Shown: positions 40,297 through 48,901, counted from the stretch's first letter. The stretch is DNA of 64,000 nucleotides from Gemmatimonadota bacterium (GCA_039588295.1 JBDHAB010000008.1:1-64000); one strand, 5' to 3'. Notes: generated from the letters alone by a model not told the origin. Program-made: numbers and translations.

Positions 40297-41331
40297 TCAG
40301 AAGCCGCTCACCGCGAAGAGCAGAGCGGCGGCACTGATGCCCGCGGCCAGCGCGCCCGCGAGGATCAGCTGGACCCTGTTCTGCGGCGTCGGCGGAGGAC
40401 TGCCTCGGTAGACGGGCACCGGCTCGGTGGTCGATTCCGGGTCGAGCAGCGGGTAGACCTGATGGCCGATCTCCTCGGTGCCGACCGGATCCTTGAGCGT
40501 GCTGCCGTCGAACCGGGCGATCACGACCGTGATGTTGTCGGGTCCGCCCCGCTCGTTGGCCAAATCGATGAGTTCCGAGCAGATCCCGACGAGATCCTTG
40601 CCCTGCTGCGACACGGCCTTCGCAATCTCCTCGCGGGTGACCTGGCCTGACAGCCCGTCAGAACAGACAACGACCGTGTCCCCCTTGCACAGTTGCTGGT
40701 TCGTGAGGTCGACCCGCACCTTCGCGTCGGGCCCGAGCGCCTGGAGAATGATGTTGCGCCGCTCGCTGCGTTCCGCCTCCTCTTCGCTGATCTCGCCCGC
40801 GTCGACCAGACGCTGCATCAGCGACTGATCCTTCGTGAGCTGAATGCCTTCGCCGGCGCGGACCAAATAGGCGCGGGAGTCACCGACCTGCGTGAGATAC
40901 AGGTAATCCCCGAGCACGCCCACGGCGGTGGTCGTGGTTCCCATGCCACGCATCTCCGGATGCGCCTTGGCGTAGGCATGGATCTGGTCGTTGGTGACCT
41001 CGACCGCCTCCTTGAGACGGTAGGCAAACTGCTGAGGGGTCGTTTCTTGGTCCGGGATCCAAAGCTCGACCATGTGGTTGTAGATGATCTCCGTGGCCAT
41101 CTGGCTGGCAACCTCGCCAGCGGCTGCCCCACCCATGCCGTCCGCGACCACCAGGAGCGAGCCCTTGGGGCCCACCTCGTGCTCCCGTACGGCCGGCTGG
41201 AGCGACGCCTCCTTCGCCGTGAGGTTCGCGACCAGGAAGGTGTCTTCGTTGTGCTCGCGCGTGCGACCAACGTCGGTCTTGCCGAACACGGTCACGCGAA
41301 TGCCGGAGTCCTTCGAGCCGAAGAGTTTCAC
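40297..41331 (-). CDS. PP2C-type Ser/Thr phosphatase (Stp1/PrpC family) with C-terminal TM
   Basis: TDVG..REHNED, VADGMGG, GMGTT, VGDSRAY, CSDGL, GGPDNIT. Confidence 0.95.
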   Translation of the reverse strand: MKLFGSKDSGIRVTVFGKTDVGRTREHNEDTFLVANLTAKEASLQPAVREHEVGPKGSLLVVADGMGGAAAGEVASQMATEIIYNHMVELWIPDQETTPQQFAYRLKEAVEVTNDQIHAYAKAHPEMRGMGTTTTAVGVLGDYLYLTQVGDSRAYLVRAGEGIQLTKDQSLMQRLVDAGEISEEEAERSERRNIILQALGPDAKVRVDLTNQQLCKGDTVVVCSDGLSGQVTREEIAKAVSQQGKDLVGICSELIDLANERGGPDNITVVIARFDGSTLKDPVGTEEIGHQVYPLLDPESTTEPVPVYRGSPPPTPQNRVQLILAGALAAGISAAALLFAVSGF

Positions 41332-42998
41332 GGGCAGGCTAGGTTCCCCTTGGCGAATTCGTACGCGCCTCGGTACTTCGGATCACTGGGTGAGCGGTCG
41401 AGAGCGTTCCGATACCATCTGCACGCTTCCGCTGTTTGCTCTGCATTATTGTACCACGCCCCGAGGACTAGCGCTGCCTGGGCGCGCAAGGAATCGGGAA
41501 CGGCGACACCATTGTAGATCGTCGTGGCGCTGTCGCGAACCGCGGCAGCGGTCGTCTGATCGATGATCACCCGCTCTTCAAATCCATCGAGCGCCTGGCG
41601 CAGCACGACGAAATCCGGCACGGCGGCCGTCGCGTTCGCCGGTGTGCCGCTTTCCTGTCCGCCGGGACCCTCGGCCCCACCCTCCGGCGATCCGCCTCCG
41701 GGATCCGTGTTGGCGTCACGGCCGCCGCCCTGGCGGGCCGTGTCTTCGGTGACGGGCGCGCCTACCACCCCGCTGTCACCGACGGTCTGCTCCGGCGGCC
41801 CGTCCCCACGGGTGAGCCAGACGGCCGATCCACCGCCGATCACTACGACCGCTGCCGCTGCCGCAATTGCGGCTGCGGGCCTGCGCTTCCGCGAAGCGAC
41901 TGGGGACGGGATGGGGGCCGGCGTCGGAGGCGTCGTGGCGACCGGGGACTTTGACACGCGGGTCTTCGGGAGCCTGGCAGTGGTCGCGGACGCGGTCCCA
42001 TCCATGAGCTGTGTTGCCGTCTCGATCCGCTTAGCCGAGGCGGTACTCGGCGCGCCTCCGACCGCGTCGAGGGCATCCCGGGCGAACGCGACGGCACTGG
42101 TGTACCGGTCACCGGGCATTCGGGCGAGTGCCCGATCCATCACTTGCTGGAGCCGCGGCGGGTAGTCGGCGCCCGGATGCGCCTTGTTGAGCGGAATTGG
42201 CTCGTCCGTGAGCCGCTTGATCATCAACTCTTGAGCGCTGTCCGCTGCGAACGGCAGCTCGCCCGACAGCATGCGGTAGAACACCAGCGCCAGCGAGTAG
42301 ATGTCGCTTCGACCGTCGAGGACGTCGCCGGAGAGTTGCTCGGGGCTCATGTATTCGGGCGTCCCCACCACCAATCCAGTCTTGGTGACCTTTTGCCCTT
42401 CCTCGCCCGTCATCGCCTTCGCAATGCCGAAATCCACGACTTTGACGATGTCCGTGTCGTCCCGGGCCCGTGCCAGCATGATGTTGTCGGGTTTGAGGTC
42501 CCGGTGCACGATCCCGAGATCGTGCGCGGCTTGGAGGGCATCGGCCGTCTGCCGCAGGATCTGGGCCGCCCGAGGGGCCGAGACCCGGCCCTCGCGGCGG
42601 AGGACATCGCTCAAGCTGTCGCCCTCGATGAACTCCATCGCAAGGTAGATCAGCCCTTCCGCGGTCTCCCCGAAGTCATAGATGGCGCAGACGTTGGCAT
42701 GATTGATTCGCGCCGCGTTGGCCGCCTCGCGATTGAACCGCGCGATGGCTTCCGCGTCGTTCGCCATCGATTCGGCCATGACCTTGATGGCGCTTCGACG
42801 ACCCATCTTCACATGAGTGCCCAGGTACACGGCACCCATACCGCCTTCGCCCAGCTTCTCTTCGATGTGATAACGGTCAGCGACCACGCTGCCGATCAGA
42901 TCGGCTCCGCCCGTGGCGGCCCGAAGTGTGGTGCCGTCGTTCGGGCAGAACTTCGTGTCGTCGGACCATTGGGCGCCGCAGACCGTGCAGGTCTTCAC
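41328..42998 (-). CDS. Hanks-type Ser/Thr kinase: N-terminal Zn-ribbon, TM, C-terminal TPR-like helices
   Basis: CTVC...CPNDG, GEGGMG, HRDLKPDN, DFG, GTPEYMSPE; GTG start overlaps upstream gene stop. Confidence 0.93.
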   Translation of the reverse strand: MKTCTVCGAQWSDDTKFCPNDGTTLRAATGGADLIGSVVADRYHIEEKLGEGGMGAVYLGTHVKMGRRSAIKVMAESMANDAEAIARFNREAANAARINHANVCAIYDFGETAEGLIYLAMEFIEGDSLSDVLRREGRVSAPRAAQILRQTADALQAAHDLGIVHRDLKPDNIMLARARDDTDIVKVVDFGIAKAMTGEEGQKVTKTGLVVGTPEYMSPEQLSGDVLDGRSDIYSLALVFYRMLSGELPFAADSAQELMIKRLTDEPIPLNKAHPGADYPPRLQQVMDRALARMPGDRYTSAVAFARDALDAVGGAPSTASAKRIETATQLMDGTASATTARLPKTRVSKSPVATTPPTPAPIPSPVASRKRRPAAAIAAAAAVVVIGGGSAVWLTRGDGPPEQTVGDSGVVGAPVTEDTARQGGGRDANTDPGGGSPEGGAEGPGGQESGTPANATAAVPDFVVLRQALDGFEERVIIDQTTAAAVRDSATTIYNGVAVPDSLRAQAALVLGAWYNNAEQTAEACRWYRNALDRSPSDPKYRGAYEFAKGNLACP

Positions 42999-43906
42999 GC
43001 CTTCTCCACGCGCAGCATCTTGTCGCCGACCAGCAACCGGAACCCCGGTTGGAGTTCTACGGTGCCGCGGAGGGACACTGCCACGCCGTTGCGGCTGCCG
43101 GCGTCGGCAATGACGAAGTCGGCGTCCTCGGACCGCACTTCGGCGTGCAACCCGCTCATCGACGGGTCGTACGCAAACGTGTAGTCGCCTTCCTCGCGGC
43201 CGAGACGGAGGTTCCGCCCCGGCGAAAGGTGGATCGAGTCGCGGACTGAGCTGTCTGCCCGGAGTTGGGAGAGACACGCGATGTCGGCGCTGGGAACGAG
43301 GCTCCCCATGCGTCGGGTCGCATCGCGCTCTGGCGGATTGGGACCTGGGTAGCCGAGCCGCCGATACTCGAGGATCTGGGAGCCGATCAGTATCCGGTCA
43401 CCGTCGACGAGCCGATGCGGTTCGCTGATGAACAGCCACGTCCCATTGCGGCTGCCGAGATCGCGAGCCGTGATGCGGCTTTCACGTACCGTGAGTTTGA
43501 CGTGCAGCGGTGACATGAACACGTCGTCCGGAAATTCTAACTCCGCGCCCTCTCGTCCGACGGTCGTCTCCCCCTGTGGCAGCTCGAACCGGCCGACGAT
43601 GTTCGCTCCTTCGTCGAGCATCGCGAGGTGGTAGTCCGACGGAGCCTTTCCCGCCCTCACCGCCGATGCGCGAGGGGGCATCGACAGGTCCTGACCGCAC
43701 GCCGGACAGTACCGTGTCCCCTCGGGTGATCCGGTACCGCACCGCGGGCAAGCTGGTCCCTGCAGTTGTGTGCGGATCCGTTTTCCGCAAGACGGGCAGA
43801 ATGGGAGACCGGCCACGACCGTTGCGCCGCACGCCGGGCAGTTGGCCATCCCTGCTGAGGGCCGAGGACCGGTCGAGGAAGCGTCAGGAGGCTTGAACAC
43901 GCCCAT
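42995..43906 (-). CDS. Double Zn-ribbon plus tandem FHA domain protein
   Basis: CPACG, CPSCG, CPRCG, CPACG; two FHA motif sets (GR..SPLH..SRNG; GR..SGLH..SRNG); start may be 43849. Confidence 0.9.
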   Translation of the reverse strand: MGVFKPPDASSTGPRPSAGMANCPACGATVVAGLPFCPSCGKRIRTQLQGPACPRCGTGSPEGTRYCPACGQDLSMPPRASAVRAGKAPSDYHLAMLDEGANIVGRFELPQGETTVGREGAELEFPDDVFMSPLHVKLTVRESRITARDLGSRNGTWLFISEPHRLVDGDRILIGSQILEYRRLGYPGPNPPERDATRRMGSLVPSADIACLSQLRADSSVRDSIHLSPGRNLRLGREEGDYTFAYDPSMSGLHAEVRSEDADFVIADAGSRNGVAVSLRGTVELQPGFRLLVGDKMLRVEKA

Positions 43907-44050
43907 TATCGAACCTGCCTGCGGTGGCCTGGTCGGCGCCGGTGACCCCTCCCGGTGCGGCGGGAGCGGTCACGGGAGGCTGGTTGACGGCCGCAGGGCC
44001 GTGGAGAGGCACGCCGGTCATGTTTCGGTGAGGTGTTGTGGTGGCAAGCC

Positions 44051-44079
44051 AATCTACATGTGCGAAAATGGCGGGTCAA
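44051..44079 (-). promoter_or_regulatory. Putative sigma70 promoter of the FHA/kinase/phosphatase/protease operon
   Basis: Minus strand TTGACC-17 nt-TAGATT in an AT-richer patch. Confidence 0.65.
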
Positions 44080-44399
44080 CTGTGACAAAGTGACGTACCT
44101 CGTTGAAATAACGTAGGTTCCGGCTTCGGGCGCGGGAGGTGTCGGCCCCCAAGCGAGGCGGGCCGGGCTACCGATTCGCTCCCGCGACGCCGCCCACCGC
44201 GGGGCTGAACCGGAGGCCGTCAGGCCGCGCCCGCCCTGGTACATTCCGTACGTAGAAAGCCCTACGCCCACGCATCACATTGCGTGCCAGATGCCTCGTG
44301 ATGCGGCCGGGGCGGTGCCGGCGAGCCAACGGGTCGGCCCGGCGCGTTCCTGGGGGTTCGGGGCCAGAACGGTGACCTGAGAATCGGGTATAACGAGGC

Positions 44400-46664
44400 G
44401 TGTTACGGACAACCCTCCTGGTGGCGCTAGCCTCGGTGGGTCTTGCGACCCGCGCGACGGCTCAGACACCGACCGAGCGTGATTCGATTGAGCAATTCCG
44501 GGACGTGGTCCGCGGGATGCACGATAGCGTGGCGCTCCGCGACCTCGAATCGAGGATGATCGATCGGGCTCGGGTAGATCGGGACAACGCCTTGCTCCAT
44601 GTGCAACTCGGGTTTCTCGCCTATCGCCTTGGCGAAGTGACCGGCAACCAGCCGCACTACGACGCAGCAGGTTCTGAGTTCGAGTGGGCTGCGGAGCTGG
44701 AGCCAGAGTGGCCATATCCGTGGTACGGGTTGGGTCTGGCCGAGTTGGCCATGGGCGAGATGTCGATCATACCGCTCGAGAACATTCGCCAGATACTCGG
44801 GAAGGACTACCTGTCGAAGGCAACGGCGGCGTTTGCCCGGGCCACCGAAGTCGATCCGTCGTTCGCGAACGCCGTCGTGGATCTGGCGGATGCCGCGCTG
44901 CGCCAACGGATCCGTCCGCGACTGGATGTTGCCCTCGGTGCGGTGCGTCAGGCGGCTGTCACGGAGGCCGGCACCGTGCCTGCCGTGCAGCTCGCTCGTG
45001 GCCGGCTCGAGCGTGGGGTGGGCAGTGGTGATTCGGCGTTGGTCGCGTTCAGTCGGTACCTGGAGTTTGGTGGTGATTCGGGGATCGGATACTTGGAGAT
45101 TGCCCGGTCTCTCTATCACGTGGCGCGCGCGCGGGAGGCGGAAGCCACGTACTTCCGCGGCGCCGAACTGGCCGCGTCCGCCGAAGCGACATCGCTCTAC
45201 CGGAACGATGTGAGCTGGGCCGCGAGCCCCGAGGAACTCGCAGCCCTCGATGCGACCCAGCCCGAGGAGTGGCCCTCCTGGCTGCGTAGCTTCTGGAGCC
45301 GCCGCGACGTGCTGGACGTCCGTGCGCCCGGCGAGCGGCTGGCCGAACACTACCGGCGGTACTTCTACGCCCTGGAGCACTATCGTCTGGTCAGCCGACA
45401 CCGGCGGTACGATGTGGTCAACCCCTATCGAACCGAGCAGCAGGTGTTCGACGATCGCGGCATCATCTACATGCGCCACGGGGAGCCCGACCGTCGGGCT
45501 GTGTTCAACGCTCCGGACGTGAGTCCCAATGAATCGTGGCTCTACGCGCGTCAGGATGGCGGGTTCATCTTCCATTTCGTCGCGGCCGACGACGTGCAGG
45601 ATTACAAGCTGGTTGAGAGTGTGGCGGACGTCTTGGGTCTGCGGGCGGCGCTCGAGCTGCAGGCCGGCGGGCAGCAAGGCCAGTTCGGAAATCCGGTGCT
45701 GTCGGCGGCATTCCAGGGACTGTTCGATTCGCGCGTGGCCCTCGACCCCGTCTACCAGCGGCTTGCCGCGGGGCAGGAGGCCGGTCGCGATCGGCTCCTC
45801 GCGGCGGAGCGCCGTGCCGGCGAATTGTCGATTGGCACCGGTACAATCACGGACAGCTATCCGCTCCGGTTCGACGAGTCACTGGGGGCCGTGGTGCAGA
45901 ACTTCGTGGTCGGTGATGCCGCAGGTGCCGGAGGGCAGCTCCTGGTGGTATTTGCCGTGCCCGGGAGCGCGCTGGCCCCGGAGGCCTCCGTGGACGGCGT
46001 CAACTACCGACTGCACCTGCGCGCGCTGGCGGCGACCTCGGACGACAGTGCCGTGGCGTTCGTGGACACGACGCAGGTCGTCACCACCCAGCGGGCCTTT
46101 GGACCGGACGAGCAGGTGAGTGGCTTCCTCACGCTCCCGGTTCCGCCAGGCGATTACACGCTGCGGGTCGCGTTCGCAGAGCCGCGGCGTGAGGCCGGGC
46201 AGCTGCTCACCCAGGAGTCCGTCGCGGTCCCGGACTTCGCGGCAGACGAGCTGATTCTCAGTGACCTCATTGTCGGTCGGCTCGGCTCCGGTCTGGCCTG
46301 GACCACCGGCAGCGACACGGTCGATCTGAGTCCGGTCTGGCGGTTCACCCGCGCCGCTCCCCTGCGCGTGTATTACGAGCTGCATGGACTCGAGCCTGAT
46401 GCCGGGTACCGCAGCCGACTCGAGGTCGCCAAACAGGGTGGCGGGTCCATATTCGGCTGGCTCAAGCGCCTCTTCGGGGGTGGAGGCCCGCCGATCTCCC
46501 TCACGTTCGAGGGCGTGGCGTCTGGCACGACCACCCGCATTCTGCAAACCGTCGATATCAGCGACCTCGATCCAGGCCGGTACCGCCTCCGGGTCACGGT
46601 GGAGGATCTTACGGCAGGACAACAAGTTGAGCGTGAGGCGACCCTCGAGGTGGTGGGCACGTAA
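44400..46664 (+). CDS. Secreted TPR plus GWxTD-domain protein with C-terminal Ig-like domains
   Basis: Signal peptide, TPR-like helices, FWSRRD...EHYRR...DDRGIIYMRHGEPD core. Confidence 0.8.
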   Translation: MLRTTLLVALASVGLATRATAQTPTERDSIEQFRDVVRGMHDSVALRDLESRMIDRARVDRDNALLHVQLGFLAYRLGEVTGNQPHYDAAGSEFEWAAELEPEWPYPWYGLGLAELAMGEMSIIPLENIRQILGKDYLSKATAAFARATEVDPSFANAVVDLADAALRQRIRPRLDVALGAVRQAAVTEAGTVPAVQLARGRLERGVGSGDSALVAFSRYLEFGGDSGIGYLEIARSLYHVARAREAEATYFRGAELAASAEATSLYRNDVSWAASPEELAALDATQPEEWPSWLRSFWSRRDVLDVRAPGERLAEHYRRYFYALEHYRLVSRHRRYDVVNPYRTEQQVFDDRGIIYMRHGEPDRRAVFNAPDVSPNESWLYARQDGGFIFHFVAADDVQDYKLVESVADVLGLRAALELQAGGQQGQFGNPVLSAAFQGLFDSRVALDPVYQRLAAGQEAGRDRLLAAERRAGELSIGTGTITDSYPLRFDESLGAVVQNFVVGDAAGAGGQLLVVFAVPGSALAPEASVDGVNYRLHLRALAATSDDSAVAFVDTTQVVTTQRAFGPDEQVSGFLTLPVPPGDYTLRVAFAEPRREAGQLLTQESVAVPDFAADELILSDLIVGRLGSGLAWTTGSDTVDLSPVWRFTRAAPLRVYYELHGLEPDAGYRSRLEVAKQGGGSIFGWLKRLFGGGGPPISLTFEGVASGTTTRILQTVDISDLDPGRYRLRVTVEDLTAGQQVEREATLEVVGT

Positions 46665-46720
46665 GTTGCCTCATTCGCAGTGGATCTGCACCCTAGAGCC
46701 GGTTGGACCGGGGGGTAGCG

Positions 46721-48673
46721 ATGTACTGTAGCCGCTGCGGCGCCGAAGTCAGTGACCAGGCGAAGTTCTGCCCATCCTGCGGCCTCGATTTTTCCACGGT
46801 GACGCCGATCGCGCCGGAGGAAACCACCGAGGCGACGGAGATGGACGCCGTGCGCCAGGCCCTGGATGACGAGTGGGGCGTGGAGGTCGAGCTGGGACGT
46901 GGGGGGATGGCCATCGTCTTCAAGGCACGGGACAAGCATCTCGAACGCGACGTCGCCATCAAGGTCCTCCCGTTCTCCCTCGCATTCGACAAGCAATTCG
47001 TCGAGCGGTTTCAACGCGAAGCTCGGACCGCGGCACGGCTCGAGCATCCGTACATCATCCCGATCTATCGAGTCGGAAAATCCGGCCAAGTGATCTACTT
47101 CGTGATGAAGTACCTCCGGGGCGGGTCGCTGTCGGAGCGGCTGGAACGCACGGGGAAGCTGCGCCCAGACGAGATTCGGCGGATGCTCATCGAGACGAGC
47201 GGCGCGTTGGGTTACGCCCACCGGCACGGCATCGTCCATCGCGACATCAAGCCGGACAATATCATGTTCGACGAGATGGGCCACTCGATCCTGACCGACT
47301 TCGGGATTGCGAAGGCGGCGTCGGGTACGCGGCTCACGGGGACCGGGATGTCCATCGGGACGCCTCATTACATGAGTCCGGAGCAGGCGCGTGCGCAGCA
47401 GCTGGACGGCCGCAGCGACCTCTACGCCCTCGGCGTGGTGGCCTACCAGTGTCTCACAGGGGAAGTGCCGTTCGACGGAGAAGACGCCTTCTCGATCGGC
47501 TACAAGCACATCATGGAGGAGATTCCGTCGCCGGCCCTGGCGACGCCGGAGGCGCGCGAGCTGTACGAGGTCATCCGGAAGATGATGGCGAAGGCGCCGG
47601 ATGACCGGTTCCAGACTGCCGAGGAGATCGCGGGGTATCTGCAGAGCGGTGTCGCACCGGGGGAGGAGACGATCCGGACGTCCCCCGGTGAGGCGCCGAA
47701 GGCGGTCCTCAGTACGCCCACCCTCCCGGCGGAAACGCCGAAGCCGACGGGGCAAACGGGACCGCCCACCACACCCACGACCCCCATCCCGTTGTTCCAG
47801 GGGAGGCGCAGACGGAAGCAGCGGCGGGGCCTGGTGCTCACGGGCGTCTTGACGGCCCTGTTCCTTGGGGTCGGCGGAGCCGGGGGGTACTGGTACTTCG
47901 TGCTTGGGGCCGAGTGGCCGCCCCCGCTCCTGGACGCGTGGCTGGCCGACTCGAATGCCGCGCTCCCGGGCGCAGACGACTCGTTGGACGTGCTGGCTGC
48001 CGACTCGTTGCGGGCCGACTCGCTCAGTGATTCCCTGGCAATCGCGACGGCCGACTCAGCGGCGCCGGTTGACAGCGCCGTCGAGACACCGCCGGCGACC
48101 CCGCTTCCGCCCACGGGCACGCTCGTACTGACCGGGGTGCCCCAACGCGCCCGTTGGTCCCTCGATGGGCAGCTCCAGACCGACACCGTGTTGGCACTCT
48201 TGCCCCGGACCTACACGATTCGGGTGTCGCGCACGAACTATGAGACGTTCGAGACGTCGGTACCGGTCGGCCGCGGGGAACGGGTGCGCGTGCCAGTGCC
48301 CGCATTGGTCAGGCTCCGACCGACGGAGCCGGCACCGCCCCCCGTCGCGGTTGACTACTGCAGTGAGCCCGGCGCGGATTACAACAAGGACGGGAGCTGC
48401 TTCGACACGGGGCCGCGCCCGAACGACCTGCCGTTGATTCCGCTGCCGGCGGGTGTGTCAGGTTCGCCGAGCGCCGTGCTCTGGGTTCAAGTGATGGCCA
48501 ATGGACAGCCCGGCGTGGTGAAGCTATTCGACGACAGCCGCCGACCGCGTCTGTTCGAGATCGCGGCCATCACGTTTGCACGGCGCGAGATGACGTACAC
48601 CGCGGCCACCAAGGCCGGGAGACGCGTGGACTCTTGGCTTCGGCTTCCGGTCCGAGGGCGCGCGCGACAGTAG
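46721..48673 (+). CDS. Hanks-type Ser/Thr kinase: Zn-ribbon, kinase, TM, PEGA-like and TonB C-terminal-like domains
   Basis: CSRCG..CPSCG, GRGGMA, HRDIKPDN, DFG, GTPHYMSPE, TM, GTLVLTGVP...YTIRVSRTNY (PEGA-like), VLWVQV...AATKAGRRV (TonB_C-like). Confidence 0.9.
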   Translation: MYCSRCGAEVSDQAKFCPSCGLDFSTVTPIAPEETTEATEMDAVRQALDDEWGVEVELGRGGMAIVFKARDKHLERDVAIKVLPFSLAFDKQFVERFQREARTAARLEHPYIIPIYRVGKSGQVIYFVMKYLRGGSLSERLERTGKLRPDEIRRMLIETSGALGYAHRHGIVHRDIKPDNIMFDEMGHSILTDFGIAKAASGTRLTGTGMSIGTPHYMSPEQARAQQLDGRSDLYALGVVAYQCLTGEVPFDGEDAFSIGYKHIMEEIPSPALATPEARELYEVIRKMMAKAPDDRFQTAEEIAGYLQSGVAPGEETIRTSPGEAPKAVLSTPTLPAETPKPTGQTGPPTTPTTPIPLFQGRRRRKQRRGLVLTGVLTALFLGVGGAGGYWYFVLGAEWPPPLLDAWLADSNAALPGADDSLDVLAADSLRADSLSDSLAIATADSAAPVDSAVETPPATPLPPTGTLVLTGVPQRARWSLDGQLQTDTVLALLPRTYTIRVSRTNYETFETSVPVGRGERVRVPVPALVRLRPTEPAPPPVAVDYCSEPGADYNKDGSCFDTGPRPNDLPLIPLPAGVSGSPSAVLWVQVMANGQPGVVKLFDDSRRPRLFEIAAITFARREMTYTAATKAGRRVDSWLRLPVRGRARQ

Positions 48674-48677
48674 CCTG

Positions 48678-48887
48678 GTGATCGGCCCCGCTGCGTTCCT
48701 CGCCCCAGGCGCGGTCGTGCTCAACGATGTGATCCTGGGGCGAGACGCATCGAGCTAGTCCAACACCGTTTTCCGCGGTTACATGGCGGCGATTGCGATT
48801 GGCGACGAGATCAACATCCGGTCGGGCTACAGTCGGGCTGACACCAGGTATGTGATGTGCAAAGCCGAGAGGCTCGGTAACTCGTAG
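48678..48887 (+). pseudogene. Degraded gamma-carbonic anhydrase / hexapeptide-repeat (YrdA/PaaY-like) gene remnant
   Basis: VIGPAAFLAPGAVVLNDVILGRDASS*SNTVFRGYMAAIAIGDEINI matches the family N-terminus; in-frame TAG at 48756-48758 at the conserved Trp position; similarity lost after about 48826. Confidence 0.75.
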
Positions 48888-48901
48888 CCGTCTGTCGCTA
48901 C

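Noticed and set aside
42999..43277. N-terminal extension of the kinase in the ORF track, and similar over-long starts for priA, ispG, pyk, PilT and the TonB receptor
   Set aside because: They overlap upstream genes or spacers; family N-termini and start-stop overlaps identify the downstream starts
44195..44245. GAACC...TCAGG resembling SRP (4.5S) RNA
   Set aside because: Lacks the GGAA tetraloop and AGCAG of the conserved domain
48756..48758. In-frame TAG as possible pyrrolysine or read-through recoding
   Set aside because: Other conserved residues are also degraded and the gene is truncated; TAG is a normal stop elsewhere in the window
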